The notes: a model not told the origin generated them from the sequence alone. 64,000 bases of DNA from an uncultured Micavibrio sp. (GCA_963977105.1 CAXBNI010000002.1:44675-108674), one strand, 5' to 3'. Counted from the stretch's first letter, positions 1 through 10,307 are shown. Numbers and translations: made by a program.

Positions 1-84
1 TGGGCTTTGTAATAGTGACCTTAGAGTACCTAATAATAAGATCGTTTATATCAGACTACACTTGACAAGCCCCAATAGAAAAGA

Positions 85-534
85 GTGAAAACCGTGAAAA
101 ACTACAAAAAATATATGCGTTTGCAAGAAAATGAAGAGATCATAAAAACTGTTGAGGGCGATGCTTACAACACTTCTGCAAACCCAATATTAAGAATGAT
201 TGGGTTTATAGTCAGAATTATCAGCATATGCTTCGGGTTACGTAGAAAAATTCACATTATCATCACCAATAAAAGAGTTGTCCTTATAAAGTTTGACAAG
301 TTTCTTTGGGTCTTTGATTCGGGCATAAGTGTTTTGGGTATGACACCTAGGTCAATTCACACTATTGGATATGGCATGGTTCGTTCTCTATTAATTTTCA
401 AGACGAATTACTTCATTCTGAAAACTAGCAGTGAAAACATAATGCTAAAATTTGTCGGCAAGAAAGACGCTTTATACGATGCTGTCGTTGATGTTAATAC
501 CGTGCTTGAACAAATAAAATCACAAGACGTGTAG
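85..534 (+). CDS. hypothetical membrane protein, possible bacterial PH/GRAM-like domain
   Basis: 149-aa ORF with GTG at 85 and an alternative ATG at 115. A hydrophobic segment (ILRMIGFIVRIISICFG) is followed by IIITNKRVVLIKF, a pattern seen in bacterial PH-like domains. No named homolog recognised. Confidence 0.5.
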   Translation: MKTVKNYKKYMRLQENEEIIKTVEGDAYNTSANPILRMIGFIVRIISICFGLRRKIHIIITNKRVVLIKFDKFLWVFDSGISVLGMTPRSIHTIGYGMVRSLLIFKTNYFILKTSSENIMLKFVGKKDALYDAVVDVNTVLEQIKSQDV

Positions 535-641
535 GCTGCTAGTTTTTACAGCAACGTTGATAGTTTTCAAAAGCAATAAAACTCAGAGCTCCGAATGCGC
601 AGATCAGGCAGCACCTCACAGGGCAACCAAGCATTTGCTCC

Positions 642-1874
642 TTAAGCCGCCTCCTCCAACGCTTCGCGTGGGCCAAAGAATTCGAAATGGGTTTGTGTGC
701 TAGGGATGCCCCATTTTAGGAGGTCTTGGTAGATGTTAATCATAAAGGGTTTTGGGCCGCAGAAATAATAATCGGCGTGGCGATCTGGGACTAAGGATTC
801 GATAAGCACGGCATCGACGAAGCCTGTTGAACAGTTTTCTGCGCGTGTTGCCCCGTTTTTGGCGGCGTCGTTATAACGGTAATGTACGGTTAAATTATCA
901 TGCTGCGCTGAAAGCGCGTCGATTGTCGGCTTAAAGGCCTGCACAGCTTCATTAACCACGCCGTGGATGAAGATGATCTTGCGCTCTGGCATTGCGGCAA
1001 GCGCGGTTTTTAAGATGCTGAGAATTGGCGTAATGCCAACGCCTGCAGCAAGCAAAACCAAAGGGCGTTCATGCTGATCATGTGGGTTTAAAAAGAATTC
1101 ACCGCATGGCGCAGCAAGTTCAACCTTGTCACCAACACTTTTTTCTTCATGCAATAAATGTGACACGTATCCGTTAGGCGTTTTTGCCTGTGGCGCGGCT
1201 TCTTTCTTGACGCTAATGCGCAGATAATCAAGCCCTGCAACATCTGACAGGCTGTAATTGCGCATTGTGGTTGACCCGTTTTTCGTCGGGACGCGCAAAG
1301 TGATATATTGCCCTGGCAAATAATCAGGTAAAGCGCCGCCATCCTCTGGTTTCAGGTAAAACGATGTAATCAGGCTGCTCTCTTGTTCTTTACGGTCTAT
1401 TTTGAATGATCTAAAGCCGCTCCAACCGCCATCTTTCTCCGCAGACTCCTTATAAATTTGTGCTTCGCGTCCTGTGAGGATATCAGTGAGGAAACCATAT
1501 GCTTCGCCCCATGCGCCGATGACATCATCCGTTGCGCCCTCGCCCAAGACTTCGCGGATTGAAGACAACAGATTTTGTCCCACAATCGGGTAATGCTCGG
1601 GCTTAATTTGTAGGGACACATGTTTATGCGCGATTAATTCTACGGCGCTGCCAAGGACTTCCAAATTATCGATATTCGCCGCATAAGCGCAAATCGCCGC
1701 TGCTAAAGCGCGTTGCTGCGTCCCTTCTGCCTGGTTCGCAGGGTTAAAAAATGGCAGAACTTCGGGATTATGCGAAAACATGCGCTTATAAAAATGTTTG
1801 GTTAACGCTTCGCCATGTTCATCTAAAATTGGCGCTGTTGATTTGACGATATCGATTGTTTTTTGTGAAAGCAT
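642..1874 (-). CDS. hmp: flavohaemoprotein (nitric oxide dioxygenase)
   Basis: 410 aa. An N-terminal globin (MLSQKTIDIVKSTAPIL..., HKHVSLQIKPEHYPIVG) is fused to a ferredoxin-reductase-like FAD/NAD(P)H module (RNYSLSD, AAGVGITP). Divergent from nsrR. Confidence 0.95.
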   Translation of the reverse strand: MLSQKTIDIVKSTAPILDEHGEALTKHFYKRMFSHNPEVLPFFNPANQAEGTQQRALAAAICAYAANIDNLEVLGSAVELIAHKHVSLQIKPEHYPIVGQNLLSSIREVLGEGATDDVIGAWGEAYGFLTDILTGREAQIYKESAEKDGGWSGFRSFKIDRKEQESSLITSFYLKPEDGGALPDYLPGQYITLRVPTKNGSTTMRNYSLSDVAGLDYLRISVKKEAAPQAKTPNGYVSHLLHEEKSVGDKVELAAPCGEFFLNPHDQHERPLVLLAAGVGITPILSILKTALAAMPERKIIFIHGVVNEAVQAFKPTIDALSAQHDNLTVHYRYNDAAKNGATRAENCSTGFVDAVLIESLVPDRHADYYFCGPKPFMINIYQDLLKWGIPSTQTHFEFFGPREALEEAA

Positions 1875-1892
1875 GATGATAACCTTTTTTAT

Positions 1893-1915
1893 AATATGTA
1901 TTTGAAATATATATT
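1893..1915. promoter_or_regulatory. candidate NsrR operator (11-1-11 inverted repeat)
   Basis: AATATGTATTT-G-AAATATATATT lies in the hmp/nsrR divergent intergenic region. The published NsrR consensus is AANATGCATTT-N-AAATGCATNTT; by eye only about 3 positions differ. It sits 19-41 nt upstream of the hmp start codon. Confidence 0.55.
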
Positions 1916-1923
1916 ATAGGAGC

Positions 1924-1939
1924 TTGCATAATAATGCAA
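1924..1939. promoter_or_regulatory. second inverted repeat in the hmp/nsrR intergenic region
   Basis: TTGCAT-AATA-ATGCAA, perfect 6-bp arms, 20 nt upstream of the nsrR start. Function unknown. Confidence 0.3.
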
Positions 1940-1958
1940 CCCTATTTATAGTTTATTC

Positions 1959-2378
1959 ATGCAGCTAACCTCTTTCACAGATTACGGCTTACGGACGTTA
2001 ATGTACCTTGCCGCCCGTCCAGACACGCTATGTAACGTCAAAGGTTTGGCGGAGCATTACGGCATCTCGCGCAATCATCTGGTTAAGGTCGTCCACCGTT
2101 TAGCGCAGCTTGGCTATATTGAAACAATAAGGGGCAAAGGCGGCGGCATTAAGATTGCCACAGCAACGGTCGATTTGCGTTTAGGAGATTTAGTCTCTGC
2201 GCTTGAACCGCATATGAATATGGTTGAATGCTTTGATGCTGAAACAAACACATGCCGCATCACGCAGTCCTGTCAGCTTAAACATTATTTATTTGAAGCC
2301 ACACAAAGCTATGTTGATGTGCTGAATAAATATACACTGGGTGATACTTTAACCCGCGATAATTTGCCCTTTATGTAA
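1959..2378 (+). CDS. nsrR: Rrf2-family NO-responsive transcriptional repressor
   Basis: 139 aa with an Rrf2 winged-helix N terminus (MQLTSFTDYGLRTLMYLA). Three clustered Cys (CFDAETNTCRITQSC) could ligate an Fe-S cluster. Divergent from hmp. Confidence 0.9.
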   Translation: MQLTSFTDYGLRTLMYLAARPDTLCNVKGLAEHYGISRNHLVKVVHRLAQLGYIETIRGKGGGIKIATATVDLRLGDLVSALEPHMNMVECFDAETNTCRITQSCQLKHYLFEATQSYVDVLNKYTLGDTLTRDNLPFM

Positions 2379-2387
2379 GGCAGTTGC

Positions 2388-2576
2388 TTAACGCGGCGTT
2401 TTAGTTTCGTCTTTATCTGGCTTAGTTTTAGGGACGCGTTCTCCTGCATTAAAATATTCAGGAAATTCGCGCATATAACATGTCGGGGATGATGGATCAC
2501 GCGGATCACCCGACGCGCTCCGCTGCGCGGCATCATCATCACCTTTATGTTTTTGCTGTTTGGGCTTTTTATCCAT
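2388..2576 (-). CDS. hypothetical small basic protein
   Basis: 62-aa ORF, K/D/P-rich, convergent with nsrR. Weak RBS and no homolog recognised; may not be expressed. Confidence 0.3.
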   Translation of the reverse strand: MDKKPKQQKHKGDDDAAQRSASGDPRDPSSPTCYMREFPEYFNAGERVPKTKPDKDETKTPR

Positions 2577-2682
2577 GGCTTATTCTATCATAGCAAAAGT
2601 CTCTCAGGATAGATATTTGTTGACATTGCTGTATTTTCCATATTATAGTGCTGGCATAATAATATTTGAGCGGTGAAGAGAC

Positions 2683-3645
2683 ATGAAGAGCCAAAAACAA
2701 CGTACAGAGCATTTAATTGGCATTTTCAATGCCAGCCAGGGGCTAGATGATTTTCGCCTTATCGTACGCAGCTTAAAGACAAATAATATCCGCCTGACCC
2801 ATATTTATAACCGCAATGCAGGCCCTGCGCATTTTGACAATGCCGACCGCGCCATTCAGGTTAACATGGCTTATTCCGATGAAGCGATCCGCATTGCGCT
2901 TGACCATGAAGGCACACATGCAACGCAGCATCTGTTGCAAAACCGTCGCGCCAACACAGCGAATATAAACAGTTTTATTGGCCTGCACCTTCTTGGCGAA
3001 GCCCATGCCTATACCAGCCAGAGTGAATTTGCGGTAAAGCGCTATTTAAATGCCTTAAGTGAAGGCAAGGCAGAAGGCAGCATCGCCGAAAAAGCATTTG
3101 ATGGCTTTTTTAAGAAAAATGGCGTTGCCGGACGTGACTACCTGAAAGCGTTTTTAAAGGGGCTAACAGGCATAGAGAACATTAGCTTAAAGCAGCCAAG
3201 TGATGTGACGAGTGCGCTTCATTTCTATCATTTCAATCACGCCCAGCGCGGGGACGCATTACAGCCACGCATCATCAAAGGGCGTAAAGCCGCGATCCAA
3301 GAATTTTTCAGTGTTACGCTGTTTAAAAACAACCGTGTGATGGACGAATACATTCAAAGCTATATTCAGCATTTGACAAAGTATAAAGATGAATATGCTC
3401 GACGCGACCATCAATTAAGCTTAAACGAGATGTTATCGTCACATCAAACTAGCAATGAGCCGTTTTTAAGCGAAAAACAGCTTCAAGATGCACTGAATAT
3501 TAAAAATACGAATGATTTGCTCGGAAAAGTTATGGCTTTTAGCGCCCATAAAGCCGAATACGGCGCATTAATGCAAGACATAAACCTCGCCAGTAATGCC
3601 AGTAAAGGCTTCGGATTTTCTGACCTCTTTGGCTTTAAGCTATAA
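2683..3645 (+). CDS. hypothetical protein with an HExxH zinc-metallopeptidase-like motif
   Basis: 320-aa ORF with a purine-rich RBS (gaagag). Contains LDHEGTHATQH (H-E-G-T-H). No signal peptide obvious. Confidence 0.7.
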   Translation: MKSQKQRTEHLIGIFNASQGLDDFRLIVRSLKTNNIRLTHIYNRNAGPAHFDNADRAIQVNMAYSDEAIRIALDHEGTHATQHLLQNRRANTANINSFIGLHLLGEAHAYTSQSEFAVKRYLNALSEGKAEGSIAEKAFDGFFKKNGVAGRDYLKAFLKGLTGIENISLKQPSDVTSALHFYHFNHAQRGDALQPRIIKGRKAAIQEFFSVTLFKNNRVMDEYIQSYIQHLTKYKDEYARRDHQLSLNEMLSSHQTSNEPFLSEKQLQDALNIKNTNDLLGKVMAFSAHKAEYGALMQDINLASNASKGFGFSDLFGFKL

Positions 3646-3712
3646 AAATAGCCCTCTTAATATCAAATCAAGAAGGCTATCTGTTTTATTTTCTATAGCA
3701 GCTTACGACCGA

Positions 3713-6100
3713 TCAATCACCATAAGGCAACCAGATGTTTTTGACCTGTGTGGCCTCGCGCAAGAAACGGCGGCCTTCGCCGTGGGATGATAGCCAATCA
3801 CGCGCTTTGCCGTTATTGACCCATGTGCGCTTGAGGTTCGCGGCGCTTTCTTTTTCAATCATTGCGCTGCCCTCGGCTGATCCATGATACCAAAGCGCTT
3901 CGACTTGGTCATGTTTTGCCAGTACGCCCGCGAGCTCATCACGATCACCTGTGACAATGTTAATCACGCCTGCAGGCAGATCAGATGTTTCAAGGATCTG
4001 ATAAAAATCAGTCGCGAATAATGGGAAGCGTTGCGATGGGATAACGACGGTGCGATTACCCATTGCAATAGCCGGTGCGACTAATGACACAAATGATAAA
4101 AGCGGCATAACGTCTGGGCAGACAATGCCCATAATGCCAATGGGTTCATTCACTGCGAGCGCTACATTTTTAAGTGGCGGGGTATGCACCATACCATCAA
4201 ATTTATCAGCCCAAGCGCCATAGCTAAACAGGCGACTTACCGACATATCAAATTCAGCCTTTGCTGCTTTTTTGCTCACGCCTGTTAGCGTCACAAGACG
4301 GTGAATGATTTCGTCTTCGCGGTAGCTTAGATTTTCCGCAATATAATAAATCACCTGCGCACGATTATGTGCGGTGGCTGATGACCAGCCCGCATTCTTA
4401 AATGCCGCTTCAACTGCGTTACGAATGTCCTTGCGGTTACCTTCGCCGACGCGGCCTGCCATTTTACCGTCATGGGTGAGCACTGTTAGCGTATTGCCGC
4501 CGTCAGGGCGCGCCTGCTTGCCGCCGACATAGTTTTTGGCTGTCTGGTCTATGGCCTTTAAGCCCGCGTCATTGGCGACCTTGCTTGGCGCAGGGGCGTC
4601 AATAAGGTTTCCTTCGCTGCCAAGCCATTCGCCTTTGGGCTTCATGTATTCATACATGCCTTCTTTACCGCCTTCACGGCCAAAGCCAGATTCGCGATAT
4701 CCACCAAAGCCACATGCTGCGTCAAATTGATTGGTGGTATTGACCCAAACAACGCCCGCTTTAACCATTGATGATATTTCAAGGGCGCGGTTAATGTTTT
4801 CCGACCAGATGCTTGCAGCCAGACCAAAACGCGTATTATTGGCAAGGTCTGCGGCTTCTTTTAGTGTACGGAATGTCATCACCGTTAATACTGGGCCGAA
4901 AATCTCATCACGGACAAGCGTGTTACACGGGCTAACATCCGTCACTAATGTTGGCGGATAATAACAGCCCTTATCAGGACAGGTGAATTCAGGCTGCCAA
5001 ATCGTTGCGCCCTCTTCTTCACCTTGGTCAACCATATCCGCAATGCGTTCAAGCTGAATAGGGTCAACAATCGCGCCCATATCCATTGTTTTATCAAGCG
5101 GGTCACCAACGCGGAAATTGTTCAGGCGGGCTTTGATTTTTTCAATCACGCGCTCTGCAATGCCTTCTTCAACTAACAGGCGTGAACCTGCGCAGCAGAC
5201 TTGGCCTTGATTAAACCAGATTGCGTCAACAAGACCTTCAACGGCGCTGTCTAAATCAGCATCTTCAAACACGATATAGGGGGATTTACCGCCAAGTTCT
5301 AATGTCAGCTTTTTGTCGCTACCCGCAGTTGCTTCGCGGATGTAACGGCCAACGCCTGTTGAGCCTGTAAACGCGACTTTCGCAATATCAGGGTGGTTAA
5401 CAATGTGAGAACCTGTTTCCCCAGCGCCAGTAACAATATTAATCACGCCCGCAGGGATGCCAGCTTCCTCACAAAGCTCCGCAAAGTAAAGCGCAGTAAG
5501 TGATGTGTATTCCGCAGGTTTTAACACCACGCAGTTACCCGCCGCAATTGCAGGGGCGATTTTCCACGCCATCATCAATAGCGGGAAGTTCCAAGGAATA
5601 ACCTGCCCGACAACGCCCAAAGGCTCTTGATCCGCCAGTTCTTGATCCATCAACTGCGCCCAGCCTGCATGGTGGTAGAAATGACGCGCCACTAATGGCA
5701 CATCAATATCACGCGTTTCACGAATAGTTTTGCCGTTATCTAATGTTTCAAGCACAGAAAAGAAACGCCCTGTTTTTTGAATAAGGCGCGCTAATGTATA
5801 TAAATGCTTGGCGCGCTCATGCCCAGATAAGCCTGACCATTTTGGGAATGCTTTTGCGGCGGCTTGCACGGCAGCGTCAACGTCTTCCTTACCCGCAACG
5901 GCAATTTTACCTAAATATTCACCGTTCGCAGGATTATGGCTTTTAATGAATTTTTCGCCGCCTTTAGGCGCGATCCATTTACCATCAATAAAAAGCTTAA
6001 AGCCATCTTTATGCGCCGCTAACCATTCATGCACATAATCAGATTGTTCAGGCGCAGGGCCATATGACATTGTTTCGTATATTTCTGCTATATTGTTCAT
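3713..6100 (-). CDS. aldehyde dehydrogenase family protein (full ALDH domain plus a second partial ALDH-like domain)
   Basis: 795 aa. The N-terminal ~500 aa carry the ALDH signatures ELGGKSP and FNQGQVCCAGSR. The C-terminal ~275 aa repeat an ALDH N-terminal/NAD-binding-like segment (NYVGGKQ..., NEPIGIMGIVCP, AGVINIVTG) with no second catalytic Cys motif. Last gene of the deoB-deoC cluster. Confidence 0.9.
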   Translation of the reverse strand: MNNIAEIYETMSYGPAPEQSDYVHEWLAAHKDGFKLFIDGKWIAPKGGEKFIKSHNPANGEYLGKIAVAGKEDVDAAVQAAAKAFPKWSGLSGHERAKHLYTLARLIQKTGRFFSVLETLDNGKTIRETRDIDVPLVARHFYHHAGWAQLMDQELADQEPLGVVGQVIPWNFPLLMMAWKIAPAIAAGNCVVLKPAEYTSLTALYFAELCEEAGIPAGVINIVTGAGETGSHIVNHPDIAKVAFTGSTGVGRYIREATAGSDKKLTLELGGKSPYIVFEDADLDSAVEGLVDAIWFNQGQVCCAGSRLLVEEGIAERVIEKIKARLNNFRVGDPLDKTMDMGAIVDPIQLERIADMVDQGEEEGATIWQPEFTCPDKGCYYPPTLVTDVSPCNTLVRDEIFGPVLTVMTFRTLKEAADLANNTRFGLAASIWSENINRALEISSMVKAGVVWVNTTNQFDAACGFGGYRESGFGREGGKEGMYEYMKPKGEWLGSEGNLIDAPAPSKVANDAGLKAIDQTAKNYVGGKQARPDGGNTLTVLTHDGKMAGRVGEGNRKDIRNAVEAAFKNAGWSSATAHNRAQVIYYIAENLSYREDEIIHRLVTLTGVSKKAAKAEFDMSVSRLFSYGAWADKFDGMVHTPPLKNVALAVNEPIGIMGIVCPDVMPLLSFVSLVAPAIAMGNRTVVIPSQRFPLFATDFYQILETSDLPAGVINIVTGDRDELAGVLAKHDQVEALWYHGSAEGSAMIEKESAANLKRTWVNNGKARDWLSSHGEGRRFLREATQVKNIWLPYGD

Positions 6101-6148
6101 CGTAATAATTCCTAAATTTACTGCCTCGGGTCAAATGCTTCGCGTGGC

Positions 6149-7147
6149 TTAACCTATGGGGTGACGGTTGGCGGCTGAATAACGCCCAGTGACAAAATGC
6201 TCAAGCTGACGCTCAATATCACCAAGCAAGCTTGATGCACCGAAACGGAACATATGCGGCTGTAACCATTCATCGCCCAGTTCTTCTTTAATCAATACCA
6301 AATATTGTAGCGCAATTTTCGTTGTGCCAATGCCGCCCGCAGGTTTGTAACCAACCTTCTGGCCTGTTTTCTCGTAAAAATCGCGGATCATACGGATCAT
6401 CACTAATGATACAGGCAATGTCGCATTGACGCTTTCCATACCGGTTGATGTTTTGATGAAATCAGACCCCGCCATCATACACACCATAGAGGCTTTCGCG
6501 ACTTTGGTAATTGAGCCAAGCTGGCCTGTTGCCAAAATCGCTTTCATATGGGCTTCGCCGCATGCTTCGCGGTATGCCTTTACTTCGTCATAAAGTGCCT
6601 GCCAGTTGCCCGTCAGAACATGACGGCGCGAGATTACAATATCAATTTCTTCTGCGCCCGCAGCAACGGAAGCGCGGATTTCAGCCAATCGTGTTTCAAG
6701 CGGCGCAAGGCCAGCAGGAAAACCAGTTGATACGGCGGCGACAGGAATGCCGCTGCCTTTTAAGGCGTCAACCGCAGTTTCAACCATTTCGTGATACACA
6801 CATATCGCGCCTGTGGTCAGGCCTTTATCAGCGAAACCAAGTGCCTCTAATATGTCAGGGCGTACGGGGTTGCGTGCTTTGGCACAAAGCCTTCTTACGC
6901 GCCCTGGCGTATCGTCACCAGACAAGGTTGTTAAATCAATGCAAGAGATCGCCTTCAGCAACCATGCCGCTTGATATTCTTTTTTCACGGTGCGACGATT
7001 ATTCAGCGTCGCTATGCGGCGATCAACGGCGGATTTGTTAATCTTGATCTCATCAACCCAGTCTGGGTGAAACGCGCAGCCTTCAACGCGCGGCATCGTA
7101 TTATGCAGTATTTCTACGTTATTTTTCAACATATCCTCACTCTTCAT
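6149..7147 (-). CDS. deoC: deoxyribose-phosphate aldolase (long form)
   Basis: 332 aa with a class I aldolase DeoC-type motif around the Schiff-base lysine (DFIKTSTGM). Overlaps deoB by 11 nt. Confidence 0.9.
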   Translation of the reverse strand: MKSEDMLKNNVEILHNTMPRVEGCAFHPDWVDEIKINKSAVDRRIATLNNRRTVKKEYQAAWLLKAISCIDLTTLSGDDTPGRVRRLCAKARNPVRPDILEALGFADKGLTTGAICVYHEMVETAVDALKGSGIPVAAVSTGFPAGLAPLETRLAEIRASVAAGAEEIDIVISRRHVLTGNWQALYDEVKAYREACGEAHMKAILATGQLGSITKVAKASMVCMMAGSDFIKTSTGMESVNATLPVSLVMIRMIRDFYEKTGQKVGYKPAGGIGTTKIALQYLVLIKEELGDEWLQPHMFRFGASSLLGDIERQLEHFVTGRYSAANRHPIG

Positions 7148-8378
7148 TTTCTGTTTCCTCCGTCAAGAAAGACGTCCCAAATGGCATTGCGCCTAAGCCT
7201 AAATATGTCGAAAGGCTTGTGCCAATATCTGCGAAGGTGTCACGTTTGCCGATTGAACCGGGTTTTACTTTTGGCCCAAAGGCAATAACCGGCACATGTT
7301 CACGTGTGTGGTCAGAGCCCGGCCATGTTGGGTCGCAGCCATGATCCGCCGTGATCACCACGACATCATCAGGGCGCAATGCCTGCTGCAAGCGTGGTAA
7401 GTTACGGTCAAATTCTTCTAATGCGGCGGCATAGCCAACCACATCGCGGCGGTGACCATAGAGCATATCAAAATCAACAAAATTGGCAAAAACGATTGTG
7501 TTATCATTGGCCTTATCAACATGTTCCATCATCACATCAAAAATCTGTGCGTTGCCATGCGCTTTGTATTTCTGGGTAATGCCTTGATGGGCAAAAATAT
7601 CCGCGATTTTACCAATTGAAATTACTTCGCCGCCAGCTTCCGCCATTTTATCTAGTAATGTTGGCGCAGGGGGCAGAACTGATAAATCACGGCGGTTGCC
7701 TGTGCGCTCAAAATTGCCTGTTGTTTCGCCAAGGAATGGGCGCGCAATTACGCGGCCAATATTATATTCATCAACCAATTTACGCGCCACGGCACAAATT
7801 TCATACAGGCGCTCTAGGCCAAAATGCTTTTCATGCGCAGCAATTTGTAGCACAGAATCCGCTGAAGTATAAACAATCGGTTTACCTGTTTTAATATGTT
7901 CTTCGCCATATTGGTCAAGAATGACTGTGCCCGATGCATGGCAATTGCCCAAAATGCCCGGCAAGTCACATTCTTTAACCAATGCATCAACAAGCGCATC
8001 AGGAAAACTTGGTACTTCTTTAGGGAAGTAACCCCAATCAAACTGCACAGGAACGCCCGCCATTTCCCAGTGACCGCTTGGTGTGTCTTTACCCTTGCTT
8101 AGCTCCGCTGCAAAGCCATATTTACCGGTAATTTCGCCCTCTGCCTTGGCAACTTTAATCTCGTGACCTGCGGATTCTTCTGCCGCAAGACCAAGGCCTA
8201 AACGCATCATGTTCGGGATGTTTAATGCGCCAGAGCGCACGCCGTCTTTATCGGCCTTACCATCGGCGCAATGCTGCGCAATATGGCCAAATGTATTTGC
8301 CCCAATATCGCCGAAATCAGCGGCATCCGCCGTTTCCCCAACACCAAAAGAATCCAAAACAACAATAATCGCGCGCAA
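7137..8378 (-). CDS. deoB: phosphopentomutase
   Basis: 413 aa. [15 protein letters not shown]... at the N terminus and [10 protein letters not shown] are typical of DeoB metal-dependent phosphopentomutases. Confidence 0.95.
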   Translation of the reverse strand: MRAIIVVLDSFGVGETADAADFGDIGANTFGHIAQHCADGKADKDGVRSGALNIPNMMRLGLGLAAEESAGHEIKVAKAEGEITGKYGFAAELSKGKDTPSGHWEMAGVPVQFDWGYFPKEVPSFPDALVDALVKECDLPGILGNCHASGTVILDQYGEEHIKTGKPIVYTSADSVLQIAAHEKHFGLERLYEICAVARKLVDEYNIGRVIARPFLGETTGNFERTGNRRDLSVLPPAPTLLDKMAEAGGEVISIGKIADIFAHQGITQKYKAHGNAQIFDVMMEHVDKANDNTIVFANFVDFDMLYGHRRDVVGYAAALEEFDRNLPRLQQALRPDDVVVITADHGCDPTWPGSDHTREHVPVIAFGPKVKPGSIGKRDTFADIGTSLSTYLGLGAMPFGTSFLTEETENEE

Positions 8379-8459
8379 AATATTTCTCCTCAGAACACAA
8401 AGCCAGCTTTTACTTAAGGCTAGCTATAAATTTCATACCTACGATAAGAATTTAGCTTC

Positions 8460-8479
8460 ACAAATACAGATATATTTGT
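8460..8479. promoter_or_regulatory. inverted repeat in the deoB/punA divergent promoter region
   Basis: ACAAATA-cagata-TATTTGT (7-6-7). Candidate operator; no regulator gene is seen nearby. Confidence 0.25.
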
Positions 8480-8579
8480 ATTATAGCCAAACTTAAACGT
8501 ACAGACATGTCGATATGGGCGCGATCATACGACATTTTTTTATAAATTTCCATAGCCTTTTATTCAGGGAGTATCAAAT

Positions 8580-9404
8580 ATGACTGCACCAGAGATCGAA
8601 AGAAGCGTTAACGCAATCAAACAACACCATAAAGGGGCCTTCCCCAAGACAGCGATTATCCTCGGCAGCGGCCTTGGTAGCTTCGGTGATAATATGGAGA
8701 TTGAAAGCACGGTTACCTATGACAACATCCCTGATTTCCCACAGCCAACAGTCGAAGGCCATGCAGGCCGCTTGCTTGTTGGCACAGTCGGCGGCACGCC
8801 GCTTGTCTGTATGCAAGGCCGTATGCACCTTTATGAAGGTCACCCAGCGCCGCAGCTTGCCATCGCCATCCGTACATTCAAAAAACTGGGCGTTGAACGC
8901 ATTATCATTACAAATGCAGCGGGTAGCCTGCGCATGAATATGCCCGCGGGATCAATCATGAGCATTGAAGACCACGTCAACATGTCAGGTTTCAACCCAT
9001 TAATCGGCCCAAATGATGATGAATTTGGCTCTCGTTTCTTTGATATGACCGATGCGTGGGACAAAGACCTCCGCGCCGATATGCTCGCCGCTGCACGCCG
9101 CGTTGACGTGAATTTGCACTCTGGTACATATGTCCAGTTCGCGGGCCCTAACTTTGAAACCCCTGCTGAAGTCCGCATGCTCGGCAAACTTGGCCTTGAT
9201 GCCGTTGGTATGTCGACGGTGCAAGAATGCCTCGTTGCACGTCATTGCGGCATTAAAGTCGTTGGCCTGTCGCTTATCACTAATCTAGGCGCTGGCCTTG
9301 CTGGTCACGCCCTCTCGCATGATGAAACTTTAAGCGAAGGCCAGAAAGCTTACGGCGAAGTCAGCAAGGTATTGGTTGAGTTCATTAGCAAGCTGGCGAA
9401 CTAA
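8580..9404 (+). CDS. punA: purine nucleoside phosphorylase (PNP/MTAP family, trimeric type)
   Basis: 274 aa with GRLLVGTVGGTPLVCMQGRMHLYEG and GMSTVQE motifs of the PNP family. Divergent from the deo genes. Confidence 0.88.
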   Translation: MTAPEIERSVNAIKQHHKGAFPKTAIILGSGLGSFGDNMEIESTVTYDNIPDFPQPTVEGHAGRLLVGTVGGTPLVCMQGRMHLYEGHPAPQLAIAIRTFKKLGVERIIITNAAGSLRMNMPAGSIMSIEDHVNMSGFNPLIGPNDDEFGSRFFDMTDAWDKDLRADMLAAARRVDVNLHSGTYVQFAGPNFETPAEVRMLGKLGLDAVGMSTVQECLVARHCGIKVVGLSLITNLGAGLAGHALSHDETLSEGQKAYGEVSKVLVEFISKLAN

Positions 9405-9436
9405 AAAACCATCTGAGCGTAACTATAGAATAGTTA

Positions 9437-9466
9437 AAAACCCAGCCTTGACCCGCTGGGTTTTTT
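9437..9466 (+). terminator. rho-independent terminator after punA
   Basis: AAAACCCAGC / GCTGGGTTTT stem with an 8-nt loop, followed by a T-run. Confidence 0.75.
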
Positions 9467-9530
9467 ATTTACTATCCGCATCATATTAAACAGAATTTAA
9501 TCAAGCCCATGCGCATCAGGAGAAGCCCCC

Positions 9531-10307
9531 GTGTCTAACCTAGCCGTAAAGAAATCTAGCACCACAAAGAAAATCAGCCTTATTGTTCTGACGATCCTCG
9601 CCCTCGGCGGCGCGTTCATTTATATGAACATGGGCTCAATTGCCAAAAGCGTTGCGGAAAAAATCGGCAGCGAGACATTAGGCGTTAAGGTGACCATTGC
9701 AAGCCTTGATATCAGCATCAAAGACAGATCTGTATTAGTCAGCGGCCTAAGCATAGCGAATCCAGAGGGCTTTAAGAATTCGCACGCGATGAAAGTTGAA
9801 TCGATTAACATTGCGATGAATTCATTCGCCAAAGAATTATTGGTCTTTAACGACATTCGCGTCAAAGGCACAGAGCTGTTCTTAGAAGTCACCCAAAGCG
9901 GCACAAATTTAAATGCCCTTAAAAAGAACATCGACCAAGGCAAGAAAGCTCCGAAAGAAGAAAAAGAACACGGCAGCGCCACAGCAGCAGCGGCCAAAGT
10001 TGTTCTTAAACACTTCTTGCTCTCAAGCGCACAGCTGCACCCCGCGCAGACGCTTATCAGCGGCAAAGACCTAAAAAGCGTAAGCCTACCTGACATTAAA
10101 CTGGCAGGCATTGGCGAAAAACAAAACGGCGTTCTTGCCCGCGAAGCGATTAGCCAAGTATGGGACGCAATTTCAAAATCTGCCCTAAGTGCCTCGGCCA
10201 AAGGAGGCTTATTAGAAGGCATGTCAGCCGATACCTTAAAAGACCTTACAGGCGCAGCAGGCTTACCTGCAAATATTGGCGGCCTTAAAAACATGTTTGG
10301 TCAATAA
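9531..10307 (+). CDS. hypothetical membrane-anchored protein
   Basis: 258 aa with a GTG start. An N-terminal TM segment (ISLIVLTILALGGAFIY) is followed by a soluble domain. The opposite-strand ORF 9620..10294 is judged spurious. Confidence 0.6.
   Translation: MSNLAVKKSSTTKKISLIVLTILALGGAFIYMNMGSIAKSVAEKIGSETLGVKVTIASLDISIKDRSVLVSGLSIANPEGFKNSHAMKVESINIAMNSFAKELLVFNDIRVKGTELFLEVTQSGTNLNALKKNIDQGKKAPKEEKEHGSATAAAAKVVLKHFLLSSAQLHPAQTLISGKDLKSVSLPDIKLAGIGEKQNGVLAREAISQVWDAISKSALSASAKGGLLEGMSADTLKDLTGAAGLPANIGGLKNMFGQ

Noticed and set aside
9620-10294. 224-aa minus-strand ORF opposite 9531..10307
   Set aside because: The plus-strand product has a TM anchor and a balanced composition. The antisense product is S/L/F/P-rich with no start context.
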